Assembly (NCBI GenBank): GCA_045614025.1
Contig: JAZLCE010000038.1
Location: 18,875-82,874 of the forward strand
Direction: 5' to 3'
DNA from: Alphaproteobacteria bacterium
GTDB lineage: Bacteria > Pseudomonadota > Alphaproteobacteria > CAAHEQ01 > UBA3637
Length of the DNA: 64,000 nt
The notes beneath the pieces were generated by a model that saw only the letters and a list, made by a program, of their open reading frames with translations, made no database searches and was not told where the DNA came from. The translations under genes and the position numbers were made by a program. Of the stretch, positions 49,013 through 58,105 are shown piece by piece. The stretch's first letter is position 1. Each line of letters begins with the position of its first letter.

Positions 49013-49052
49013 AATTCCTCCTTTAGATATTTAAATATATATAAGAAAATAT

Positions 49053-49102
49053 CAAACATCTATAAAAAAAAGACCGAAAGAATTTTCTTTCAGCCTTTTT
49101 TT
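49053..49102 (-). terminator. intrinsic terminator after mlaC
   Basis: Minus strand AGGCTGAAAGAA..TTCTTTCGGTC followed by a T-run. Confidence 0.7.
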
Positions 49103-49115
49103 ATTTCAAATTCAA

Positions 49116-49712
49116 TTATTTTTTTGTGAATGAAAATGCTTCTGATTTTCTCTGCAATTCTTTTGTTAATGTGGATAATTTTCCACCATTTTTATGTAAG
49201 AAGGCAACATATTCATTCCGATAACTTGTTACCATACTAACCCCTTCAATCACAATATCTGTAATTTTATAAGAGTTGGCAACTTTTTTGATACGCCACA
49301 AAACTTCGGCAGGTGGATTTCCTTCTACAACACTTGAAACAAAAAACTGGCCAGATTTTGCTTCTTGAATACCCGTGAAATTAATTTTTTGTCCTGTATA
49401 AAGGTTAAATTTATCTGCCCAAGACTTAGTTGCGAAATCAAGAAAAGCTTCTAAAAATTCTTGTTGTTCAGATGCAGAGGCTTTTTTCCAATAAACACCT
49501 GTCACATGCTTTCCAATTGTTTGAATATCCAAATCTTCTTTAAATCTATCATGAAAAATTTTAAGTTTTTCTTCATCAGAAATATTTGCACTTAAAACAT
49601 CCACAATAATATCATCAGCTAACTTTTTTGTAAAATCAATTCCAGCTTGATCTGCTTTTACTGGCGATGCCATAAAAAATAATGATAAAAACAATAACGT
49701 AATTTTTTTCAT
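49116..49712 (-). CDS. mlaC: phospholipid-binding periplasmic protein MlaC/Ttg2D
   Basis: Signal peptide; GVYWKKAS..QQEF, YKITDIVIEGVSM..YRNEY. Confidence 0.88.
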   Translation of the reverse strand: MKKITLLFLSLFFMASPVKADQAGIDFTKKLADDIIVDVLSANISDEEKLKIFHDRFKEDLDIQTIGKHVTGVYWKKASASEQQEFLEAFLDFATKSWADKFNLYTGQKINFTGIQEAKSGQFFVSSVVEGNPPAEVLWRIKKVANSYKITDIVIEGVSMVTSYRNEYVAFLHKNGGKLSTLTKELQRKSEAFSFTKK

Positions 49713-49728
49713 TTTGATACTCTACTCC

Positions 49729-50499
49729 TTACTCCTCATCATCAAAATCAAAATCATATGCTAACGGCTCTTTTTCATCCACTGTATCTAAAGCTTTATC
49801 AATTTTCTTTTCTCTATTTTGACGATACATGCTACGCACCGTTGCATATAAATCAGTTGTTCCTTTTTCTAAACTTTCCATAAACTCAATGCTTTTTTCG
49901 CGTTTTTGAACAGAATCTAAAGCAATAATTCCATATCGAACTGCAGGTTCATGAATCACACTGAGCTCAGCCGTTGTAAGCGCCATGTTAAGCCCAGCTC
50001 CAATTGTATCTCTTGGATTTGAAGGACCTAAAACTGGCCACACAATATAAGGTTCACTCTTTTCCCAACCCCAAACAGCTAATGTTTCACCAAAATCACT
50101 GGTGTAAACAGGAATATCCATATCAGAAGCAACATCAAAAAGACCACCAAGCCCTAACAATGTATTTGCCAAAAAGCGCCTTGAAATATCATAAGCTTCT
50201 TCACCTTTTCCTTGCAATAAAGAATTCACCAAATATCCTGGTTGCTTAATGTTATTAAAAACATTTGAAACACCTTGGCGAACAAATGTTGGAGTAACAG
50301 CGCGATATCCTTTTGCAATTGGTTCTAAAATAGCCGTATCTAACAATAAATTTGTTTCAAACATAACCCTATTAAATGGTTCAAGAGGGTCATTAGCTTC
50401 TTCATATGCTTTTAAAGCAATAGGATCTGTTGGCTTAATCGCACACCCAGAAACAAATAAAAGAGCACAAGAAATCAAAACAATTGATTGTTTTTTCAT
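49729..50499 (-). CDS. mlaA: VacJ/MlaA lipoprotein
   Basis: Lipobox VSGC; NDPLEPFNR, GLGGLFDVA, DFGETLAVWG, PVLGPSNPRD. Confidence 0.93.
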   Translation of the reverse strand: MKKQSIVLISCALLFVSGCAIKPTDPIALKAYEEANDPLEPFNRVMFETNLLLDTAILEPIAKGYRAVTPTFVRQGVSNVFNNIKQPGYLVNSLLQGKGEEAYDISRRFLANTLLGLGGLFDVASDMDIPVYTSDFGETLAVWGWEKSEPYIVWPVLGPSNPRDTIGAGLNMALTTAELSVIHEPAVRYGIIALDSVQKREKSIEFMESLEKGTTDLYATVRSMYRQNREKKIDKALDTVDEKEPLAYDFDFDDEE

Positions 50500-50512
50500 C
50501 AACACATTCTCC

Positions 50513-51100
50513 TTATGATTGTTCCGCTTGTTTTGCCATTAAAAGCTGATGTTCAATTTCAGGCAAAACTTCATCAACAGATCTAACAAAAGTGAGCAAC
50601 TTTATTTGATGAGGTTTCACAAACCCTTCTCCAACCATTTCATATAAAAATTGTTGTAAGGTATTATAAAATCCATCAATGTTCACAACGATAATTGGAG
50701 AAGTAATAATACCAAGCTGTCTTAAAGTTAACACTTCAAAAAGCTCATCCATTGTTCCAAACCCACCAGGTAAAATTGCAATAGCATCCGCTTGATCCAC
50801 CATTGAAACTTTGCGTTTTGCCATTTGATCCCAAACTTCAAATTCAGCTGCTTTTTTTGCAATTTCTGCTGGTTTTTCAATATCATAAAGCTCCCTAATC
50901 GTTGCACCGATCACATAACCATTCTCTGAAAATGCCCCATCAGCAACAGCGCCCATCAACCCAGTTGTCCCGGCGCCATAAATTAATTTAATTTCTCGAC
51001 GAGCCAAAATTTCGCCCAAACGATGAGCTTCTTGCATATAAACGGCTTTTCTGCCAGAGCTACCCCCACAAAAAACAGCCACAGAATTTAAATTCAACAT
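50513..51100 (-). CDS. LOG family (TIGR00730-type) nucleotide phosphoribohydrolase
   Basis: AVFCGGS, GLMGAVA, RK..M, LPGGFGTMDE. Confidence 0.9.
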   Translation of the reverse strand: MLNLNSVAVFCGGSSGRKAVYMQEAHRLGEILARREIKLIYGAGTTGLMGAVADGAFSENGYVIGATIRELYDIEKPAEIAKKAAEFEVWDQMAKRKVSMVDQADAIAILPGGFGTMDELFEVLTLRQLGIITSPIIVVNIDGFYNTLQQFLYEMVGEGFVKPHQIKLLTFVRSVDEVLPEIEHQLLMAKQAEQS

Positions 51101-51189
51101 GTTTTTCCTTGATTTAAAAATATTTACTTGTTACTTTAAAGAATATATGTATAATAAGAAAAGGTCAAGACAAATCTAGGGGGTCAGAT

Positions 51190-52326
51190 ATGAAAATAGC
51201 GTTTTTTTGTTTAAGTCTTCTCTTTTTAAGTTCAACAGCCATGGCAGGCGAAGTTGTGCCTCTCTTTGATGAAATACCCTCCTTTAAAAAAGAAGAGGTT
51301 AGATCTTCAAAAAAAGAAAATGATTCTTTGTTTGATTTAACCACACCGGATTCGACCCAAAGTGCACCAAAAGAAGTTAAATCGCAAAAAAAACAATCAA
51401 ATATAAATTCAAAAAAACCAAATTTAGGAAGACATGCAACCCCTATTCAGTCTTTACGCTTAACACCAATTCCTGATCTTAGAATCGATTTAGACCCTTC
51501 TATTAAACAAGCCGTACAAGAAAAGAAGTTTGAAGAAAAATTACTTGACGATAAAGATATTTTAAGACGTGACACGCCTTTAAATATGACAGAATCCAAA
51601 GAAGATGAACTTTCCCGTTTAATCGCCTCAAGAAGACAAAAAGGGCAAACTGGAAGATATGAATCACCTTTAGGAAAAAGACATGATGCCAATGGTTTTT
51701 TACTTGCTGGTGTTGGTCTTGGAATGAATACGGTTGAAGTCGAAGATATTTTAACTGATCAAGGATATATCTTAACAAGAGTTGATGAAACGCTCCCACC
51801 AGCTTTATCCATCGCTTATGAAAAAGATTGTCGCTTAACAAAAAAATTATATGTTATTTCTGATATTAAAAACTGCATTTTTGATAGATCAAAAGAGGAA
51901 GAAACGCGTTATATCAAGCAAATGACATTTGAAAGAGCTGATACAAGAGAAACCATGGTTATTAATTTCACATCTCTTGCAACAGAAAATATTGCCTATC
52001 GTGTTTTTTATCAAAATAAAGGGGATGCTTCTTTAAATACAAGCGCTCGAAATATGAAGATTAAAAAGGATCGCCAAAATGAATTTTGGGATTTAGTCTT
52101 CACTGTTTATGGTCTTCCAGATGATAGCGACAAGCTGATTTGGGGAAATGAAAAAACATCTTATTTGCATGCCAAAATGATGGGATCTGCATATGATGCA
52201 TATTTGGTTTTAGAAAGCAATGACCTTCAAAATGAAGATTATTTCAAATGGGAAGATTCTCTTGCTGAAATGAAAACAATTAAAACATTTAACTTTGTTT
52301 CCGAAGATGATAACTTTGGTGAATAG
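51190..52326 (+). CDS. exported hypothetical protein
   Basis: Signal peptide ending AMA; 378-aa ORF; GVGLGM motif; 9 nt upstream of the Clp-like gene. Confidence 0.75.
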   Translation: MKIAFFCLSLLFLSSTAMAGEVVPLFDEIPSFKKEEVRSSKKENDSLFDLTTPDSTQSAPKEVKSQKKQSNINSKKPNLGRHATPIQSLRLTPIPDLRIDLDPSIKQAVQEKKFEEKLLDDKDILRRDTPLNMTESKEDELSRLIASRRQKGQTGRYESPLGKRHDANGFLLAGVGLGMNTVEVEDILTDQGYILTRVDETLPPALSIAYEKDCRLTKKLYVISDIKNCIFDRSKEEETRYIKQMTFERADTRETMVINFTSLATENIAYRVFYQNKGDASLNTSARNMKIKKDRQNEFWDLVFTVYGLPDDSDKLIWGNEKTSYLHAKMMGSAYDAYLVLESNDLQNEDYFKWEDSLAEMKTIKTFNFVSEDDNFGE

Positions 52327-52335
52327 AGGGCGCTC

Positions 52336-54546
52336 ATGTCATTAAGAATTGAAGAGTATCTCATCAATTATACCAATCAAGCAAGAAAAAATGAAATCGG
52401 ACATTTAATCGGTCGCGAAAAAGAACTGGAACGACTGGTTCACGTTTTACTTAAAAATAAGAAAAATAATCCTGTTGTGGTTGGAACAAATGGTATTGGG
52501 AAAACCGCTCTTTTAGAAGGACTTATCGCCTTCATGGCTTCAGAAGATGCCCCAGACTTTTTGCAGGCCAAGCAAGTTGTTGGTATTGATATTGCAAAAG
52601 TGATGATGGCAACATCTAATGAAACCGAATATGCTGATCTTGTTAAAAAAGTGATGCAATACATAAAAGAATCAGAAGGTGAATTAATCTTATATCTTCA
52701 AGATATTTCTTTATTGGTTCAAATGGATACGGCGCCTGAAAACAAAGAGCCAGCCAAATTTTTAAAACTTTGTTTATTAAATGGAACCATTAATTGCTTG
52801 ATTGAAGCTGAAACAACCACATTTGTTAGCTATATGGAAAAAGACAATCAAGTTATGAATGCTGTTCAGCGACTTTTGTTAGAAGAACCATCACTTAATG
52901 AAAGCATTGAAATTGTTAGGGAACTAAAAACAACTTTTGAAAATCATTATAATGTTCAAATTCCAAATGAAACAGTGACTGCTGCTTGCCAGTTAGCTCA
53001 TCGCTATGTTAAACAACGCGCCTTCCCTTCTAAAGCATTAGATTTATTAGATGATGCAGCTTCTTTATTGATGATTGATATTGCTAAAGGCGAATTAGAT
53101 GAAGAAAATAATGTGTTAACTGTTGATTTTTGCAATCGAATTATTTCTTCATGGACCGGCATCCCAGTTGAAAAAGTTGATGCTGAAGATAAACAACGTT
53201 TAGCCAATGCTGAAATTTACTTAAAACAACGCGTTGTTGGGCAAGATAATGCCGTTGTTGTGGTTGCAAACGCATTACGAAGAGCCAGATCTGGTTTGCA
53301 AGATCCAAACAGACCTATTGGTTCATTTCTTTTTATCGGGACAACAGGTGTTGGTAAAACAGAGCTAGCCAAATCTTTAGCTGACTTTATGTTTAATGAT
53401 GAAACAGCCCTTCTTCGCCTTGATATGAGCGAATATATGGAGCGCACCTCTGTTGCAAGAATGATTGGTCCTCCTCCAGGAACTCCTGGATTTGAGGCAG
53501 GTGGATTGCTTACAGAATCTGTAAGATTAAAACCATTTCAAGTTGTTTTATTTGACGAAATTGAAAAAGCTCATTTAGATATTTTAAACTTAATGTTGCA
53601 ACTTCTTGATGAAGGCCGTTTAACAGATAGTAAAGGTGTAACTGTTGATTTTAGGAATACAATCATCATCTTAACATCAAACGTTGGTGCAAATTTACCA
53701 AGCTATCAACGTGTGGAAAAATTAAGCGAATATTTTAGACCGGAATTTTTAAACCGTTTAGATGATATCGTTTCTTTCCACCAACTTAATGAAGAACATT
53801 TGCGCGTTATTGTTGATATCCATCTCAATAAACTTTTAAAAAGAGCAAAAGCCATTGGGTATAATGTTATTGTTACAGATTTAGCAAAAAATTGGTTTGT
53901 TGATGAAGTATTCACTTCAAAATTTGGGGTTCGTGCTTTAAAACGACTTATTCAAAATCAAGTTGAAAACCCTCTTTCATTCTTGATTATGCAAGAAAAA
54001 ATCAAACCTGGACAAGATATCTATTTAAACGTTGATAAAACAGGACGAAAACTTCAAATTTATTCAAAATCAAAAAAGAAAGCGGAACAAGAATCTGAAA
54101 AAAGTTTGCCACTAGAAGATCCCTTAAAAGAAGATAATACTCCATTAATACCTGAACATAAAGAAGATCTTCAAAAAGAGCAACCAGATATTGAGGAAGA
54201 AGATTATTTTTCAGAAAAAATTCCTTCCCCTACTCCACTTTTTCAAGAAAAAGAAAACATTGAAGAAACGTTAGAAGACGCACCATCTTCTCATAATTCA
54301 AAAAATCAATCTGAATCTGATGAAGAAACATCTTCTGATTTATGGGAAAATGAAAAATCTTTATTTAATAATCTTAACGATCAGGAAGATGATGAAGATC
54401 AAGAGGATACTGACGAACTATTTAATCCTTCGGCAGATACCTTGACCCCTCAAACAAAAAATAGGCTTCTAAAAGATATTCAAAATGAGATTCTTTCATT
54501 GACTGAATCAAAAAATCAAGATAAACTTAATCTTGATGAAGAATAA
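52336..54546 (+). CDS. divergent ClpA/ClpB-family AAA+ protein (degenerate NBD1, no N or M domain, acidic tail)
   Basis: IGREKE, KNNP, GIGKT, FPSKALDLLD, WTGIPV, RVVGQ, GTTGVGKTE, DMSEYME, LFDEIEKAH, FRPEFLNRLD. Confidence 0.85.
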   Translation: MSLRIEEYLINYTNQARKNEIGHLIGREKELERLVHVLLKNKKNNPVVVGTNGIGKTALLEGLIAFMASEDAPDFLQAKQVVGIDIAKVMMATSNETEYADLVKKVMQYIKESEGELILYLQDISLLVQMDTAPENKEPAKFLKLCLLNGTINCLIEAETTTFVSYMEKDNQVMNAVQRLLLEEPSLNESIEIVRELKTTFENHYNVQIPNETVTAACQLAHRYVKQRAFPSKALDLLDDAASLLMIDIAKGELDEENNVLTVDFCNRIISSWTGIPVEKVDAEDKQRLANAEIYLKQRVVGQDNAVVVVANALRRARSGLQDPNRPIGSFLFIGTTGVGKTELAKSLADFMFNDETALLRLDMSEYMERTSVARMIGPPPGTPGFEAGGLLTESVRLKPFQVVLFDEIEKAHLDILNLMLQLLDEGRLTDSKGVTVDFRNTIIILTSNVGANLPSYQRVEKLSEYFRPEFLNRLDDIVSFHQLNEEHLRVIVDIHLNKLLKRAKAIGYNVIVTDLAKNWFVDEVFTSKFGVRALKRLIQNQVENPLSFLIMQEKIKPGQDIYLNVDKTGRKLQIYSKSKKKAEQESEKSLPLEDPLKEDNTPLIPEHKEDLQKEQPDIEEEDYFSEKIPSPTPLFQEKENIEETLEDAPSSHNSKNQSESDEETSSDLWENEKSLFNNLNDQEDDEDQEDTDELFNPSADTLTPQTKNRLLKDIQNEILSLTESKNQDKLNLDEE

Positions 54547-55531
54547 TAAAGAACTCTCAACTGAATTGATCCACTGGTATCATCAAAATGCAAGACGGCT
54601 TCCATGGCGCACAATTGGTGGCGCGCATTTTGACCCCTATCAAGTTTGGATCAGTGAAATTATGTTGCAACAAACAACAGTTAAAACTGTTATAGATTAT
54701 TTTGAAAAGTGGATGAAGCGTTTCCCAACGCTTGACTCTTTAGCAAATGCTCATATTGAAGAAGTTCTTCTTTATTGGCAAGGACTTGGATATTATACGA
54801 GAGCCAGAAAAATTCACGAATGCGCCAAAGTTTTGTTAGAACAATATCAAGGAACATTTCCAAGAGAAAGAGAAAAACTTTTAAAACTTCCAGGAATTGG
54901 ACCATATAGCGCTTCAAGCATTTTAGCATTTGCCTTTAATCAAAAAGAAACCGTAATGGATGGAAATGTTATTCGTGTAATTTCTAGACTTTATGGGATT
55001 GAAACTGAAATTGATAAAAACAAAATTTTTGAACTTGCTAGCCATTTAACAGATGATGAATCTCCTGCCGATTATGCTTCTGCCATTATGGATTTAGGTG
55101 CAACAATTTGCACACCACAAAGCCCAAAATGTTTGCTTTGTCCATGGCAAAAGTTTTGCATTGCTAATAAAAAGAATATCCAAGATAAAATACCTTATAT
55201 TAAAAAACCTGAAAAAAAACGTTTTGAAGGCTATGTGCATTTAATTCAAAATAAGAAAGGCGATTTTTTAATTAGGAAAAGGGAAGAAAAAGGTCTTCTT
55301 CATGGCTTATATGAATTTCCATGGACAAAAGAAAAAAATATTTTGTTTGAAAGCAACTGGAACGATATGGACAAAACTGTTTCCCATACTTTTACCCATT
55401 TTCATTTAACACTTCATTTAATTCAAACTTATTCAGATGCCACTCCCATAAATGGACTATTTGTTTCAAAAGAAGAATTTTCAAAATTCCCATTTTCAAC
55501 ATTAATGAAAAAAGTGATTCATCAGATATAA
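54536..55531 (+). CDS. mutY: A/G-specific adenine glycosylase
   Basis: RRLPWR, WISEIMLQQT, WQGLGYYTRAR, LPGIGPY, DGNVIRV, C-x6-C-x2-C-x5-C. Confidence 0.96.
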   Translation: MKNNKELSTELIHWYHQNARRLPWRTIGGAHFDPYQVWISEIMLQQTTVKTVIDYFEKWMKRFPTLDSLANAHIEEVLLYWQGLGYYTRARKIHECAKVLLEQYQGTFPREREKLLKLPGIGPYSASSILAFAFNQKETVMDGNVIRVISRLYGIETEIDKNKIFELASHLTDDESPADYASAIMDLGATICTPQSPKCLLCPWQKFCIANKKNIQDKIPYIKKPEKKRFEGYVHLIQNKKGDFLIRKREEKGLLHGLYEFPWTKEKNILFESNWNDMDKTVSHTFTHFHLTLHLIQTYSDATPINGLFVSKEEFSKFPFSTLMKKVIHQI

Positions 55532-55589
55532 AATTGACAATAAAAAAAATTTTTGTTACTTTATTTTTTTAATAAAAGAATGGGTTTAT

Positions 55590-56252
55590 ATGTTTTCAAT
55601 CAAAGAAAAAAATTTTTTAATCAGAGAGTTTTCAGAACAAGATTTTAAAGATCTTTATGTTATTGCTAATAACATTAATCAACAAGCGCATCAAAACAAA
55701 GAATTTCAACCATTCTATGCTTTTAATGTATCTGTTGAAGATAAATCTTATAAAGAAAAACTCTCTCAAAAAACAATTGATTTTATTAATAAAGCAATTA
55801 ACGAAAAAAACGCTCAACCACGCTCAACATATCGTTTGGCTCTTTGCTTACCAAACAATGAATTAATTGGAAATATCACTCTAGATATGATTCCAACTCA
55901 AGACAAAGAAGGAAAACTTATCTATGGTGATTTAGGATACTTCATTGATCCAAAACATGGGCGCAATGGCCTTATGAGCCAAGCTCTTGAAAAAGTTCTT
56001 AATAAATATTTTCGTTATCATAACACAATGGACTTAACCATTCATCCTGAAAATATTCATTCCCTTAGATTAATGCAACGCTTTCATGCTCAAATTATTG
56101 GAATTAAAATCAAAACTGATTATCAAGGAGAACCTCGGCTTCTTTTAAGTCTATCCAAAAAAGATTTTTTATCAAGACCCCGACTTATTTGTCCGCATAA
56201 AAAAACAATTTCTATTCTAAGTGCCCAACGTGAAAGAGAAAAAAATGTTTAG
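55590..56252 (+). CDS. RimJ/RimL-type GNAT acetyltransferase
   Basis: IREFSEQD, LIGNI, LGYFIDP..GRNGLMSQAL, PENIHSLRL; promoter TTGACA-N17-TACTTT at 55534-55562. Confidence 0.75.
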   Translation: MFSIKEKNFLIREFSEQDFKDLYVIANNINQQAHQNKEFQPFYAFNVSVEDKSYKEKLSQKTIDFINKAINEKNAQPRSTYRLALCLPNNELIGNITLDMIPTQDKEGKLIYGDLGYFIDPKHGRNGLMSQALEKVLNKYFRYHNTMDLTIHPENIHSLRLMQRFHAQIIGIKIKTDYQGEPRLLLSLSKKDFLSRPRLICPHKKTISILSAQREREKNV

Positions 56253-56874
56253 CGATAAAAACTTACCTGAACCTTTATTCATAACTGAAATTGAAAAAGA
56301 AATTTCTCTTTCAATTATTGATGAACAAGATCATATTTTTTTTGATGATCAGTTTACAAATGAAAAACGCATTCGAACTTATATTTACAAGATGCTTTTA
56401 AGCGCTCAAAAATTTTTACCAGATGGTTATTATTTTAAAATTTATGAAGCATATCGGCCATTAGAAGCGCAAAAAAAATTATGGGACGAGGTAAAAAAAG
56501 AACAAAAAATATTGCATCCAGATATGGATGAAAACTCCGAAGAATTTATTGGTCTTTGTGATACTTATTGTGCCAATCCTTATCGACAAGGAAGTGGTCA
56601 TCAAACTGGTGCTGCCATTGATGTTTCTCTTTGTGATAAAGATGGCAATGATTACTTTATGGGATCAGAAGTTCGAGCATTTAGCGAAAAGTCTGATTTT
56701 AATTATTTTGTTTCTGAAGAAGCACAAAAAAATCGTTTACTTTTAAAAGATGCTCTTGAAAAAGCCGGATTTATCAATTATCCTTCTGAATGGTGGCATT
56801 ATTCATTTGGGGATCGCCTTTGGGCAAAATTAACGGGTTCAAAAATAGCAATTTTTGGTAAAATAGATGTGTAA
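56245..56874 (+). CDS. M15D D-Ala-D-Ala dipeptidase (VanX/DdpX family)
   Basis: IYEAYRP, SGHQTGAAIDV, EWWHYS. Confidence 0.88.
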   Translation: MFSDKNLPEPLFITEIEKEISLSIIDEQDHIFFDDQFTNEKRIRTYIYKMLLSAQKFLPDGYYFKIYEAYRPLEAQKKLWDEVKKEQKILHPDMDENSEEFIGLCDTYCANPYRQGSGHQTGAAIDVSLCDKDGNDYFMGSEVRAFSEKSDFNYFVSEEAQKNRLLLKDALEKAGFINYPSEWWHYSFGDRLWAKLTGSKIAIFGKIDV

Positions 56875-58105
56875 TTTTTTTTTAAAAATAAAATCTTTCA
56901 TTTATAAAAATTTTATTTCTGGAATTAAAAGCAAAAATAAAATGAGGAAAAACGTTTCTATTTTATACTTATTTTCATTTTTTATTCGCATGAATTTTTC
57001 TTTACCAATTGAATTGCTTTTTTTTGTTTCTCTTTCAGATTCATACACAAAAGCCATGTCTGTGATTTTTATTGCTCATATGACAAGCACCTGTCTTGGC
57101 GTTCCTCTTGGGTTATTATCTGATAAAATTGGCCGAAAAAAAGTGGCTGTTTTATGCTCGTTTTTTAGATTATCTTCCTTCATTATTTATGCGTTATCTC
57201 CTTGTTATGAATTTTTAATTTTGGGAGCTCTTTGTTCTGGCTTTTATCGTTTTTCCTCTGTGAATGCGGATACGCTTTTATATGAAAGTTTAGCCTCTAT
57301 GCGTCTTAAAAATAAATACCATAAAGCTATTTCAAAATTAAAATCCGTTTCTTCATTTTCACTTGGTATTGGCGCTGTTTTATCTGGATTATTTTATTAT
57401 TTTCTCTCTTTAAGAGGCGTTGTTATTATAACAATATTACCAATGCTTGTAGCCTTTTTACTCTCCTTTTTGTTAAAAGAAGCCCCCTTTCATAAAGAAA
57501 CAAAAAATAATCCATTTAAACACTTTTTTAAAGCACTTCTCTATTTCAAAAAAAACAAACGCCTTTTTTCATTTACACTGGCCGATTCCATGCATTATGG
57601 GCTTAATGAATCAGCTTTTACAATTAACTCTGCATTTTTCAAAACTATCATCCCCGTTGAATTTTTAGGGGTTTTAAGATTTGCTGGGTATATGCTTTCT
57701 TCCGTTACAAGTTTTTTATCTGCAAAAATTGCAAGCTTTATTGGATTAAATAACACCATTTTTTTTGCCGCCATGATGGATAATATCGTAAACATTTTTT
57801 CAGTTCTTTGTGCCAATATTTTCAGCCCCATCTTAAAAACATTTGGTTCTGGTTTTTTTGGCATATATTCGCCAGCAACTGGGGCATTTATTCAAAAAGA
57901 AGTTTCCGACGAAGAACGCGCAACCCTTGTTTCATTTACCTCTTTATTAAACAGTGGTTTTTTTGCTCTTGGAACTTTATTAATGGGCTTTTTAGCCGAT
58001 TTATATAGCCCTTGGATGGCTATGCTTATCGGCTATTTGTCAGCCTTAAGTATTAATTTTCTTTTCTTAATTGCATTTAAACAAAAAGGAAAAGACTCTT
58101 TTTAA
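56867..58105 (+). CDS. MFS transporter
   Basis: GLLSDKIGRKK (motif A), about 12 TM segments, ERATLVS. Confidence 0.88.
   Translation: MCNFFLKIKSFIYKNFISGIKSKNKMRKNVSILYLFSFFIRMNFSLPIELLFFVSLSDSYTKAMSVIFIAHMTSTCLGVPLGLLSDKIGRKKVAVLCSFFRLSSFIIYALSPCYEFLILGALCSGFYRFSSVNADTLLYESLASMRLKNKYHKAISKLKSVSSFSLGIGAVLSGLFYYFLSLRGVVIITILPMLVAFLLSFLLKEAPFHKETKNNPFKHFFKALLYFKKNKRLFSFTLADSMHYGLNESAFTINSAFFKTIIPVEFLGVLRFAGYMLSSVTSFLSAKIASFIGLNNTIFFAAMMDNIVNIFSVLCANIFSPILKTFGSGFFGIYSPATGAFIQKEVSDEERATLVSFTSLLNSGFFALGTLLMGFLADLYSPWMAMLIGYLSALSINFLFLIAFKQKGKDSF

Noticed and set aside
56245..56874. Vancomycin-resistance cluster
   Set aside because: Only a VanX/DdpX-family peptidase is present, with no vanA/H/R/S-like genes; the host is diderm.
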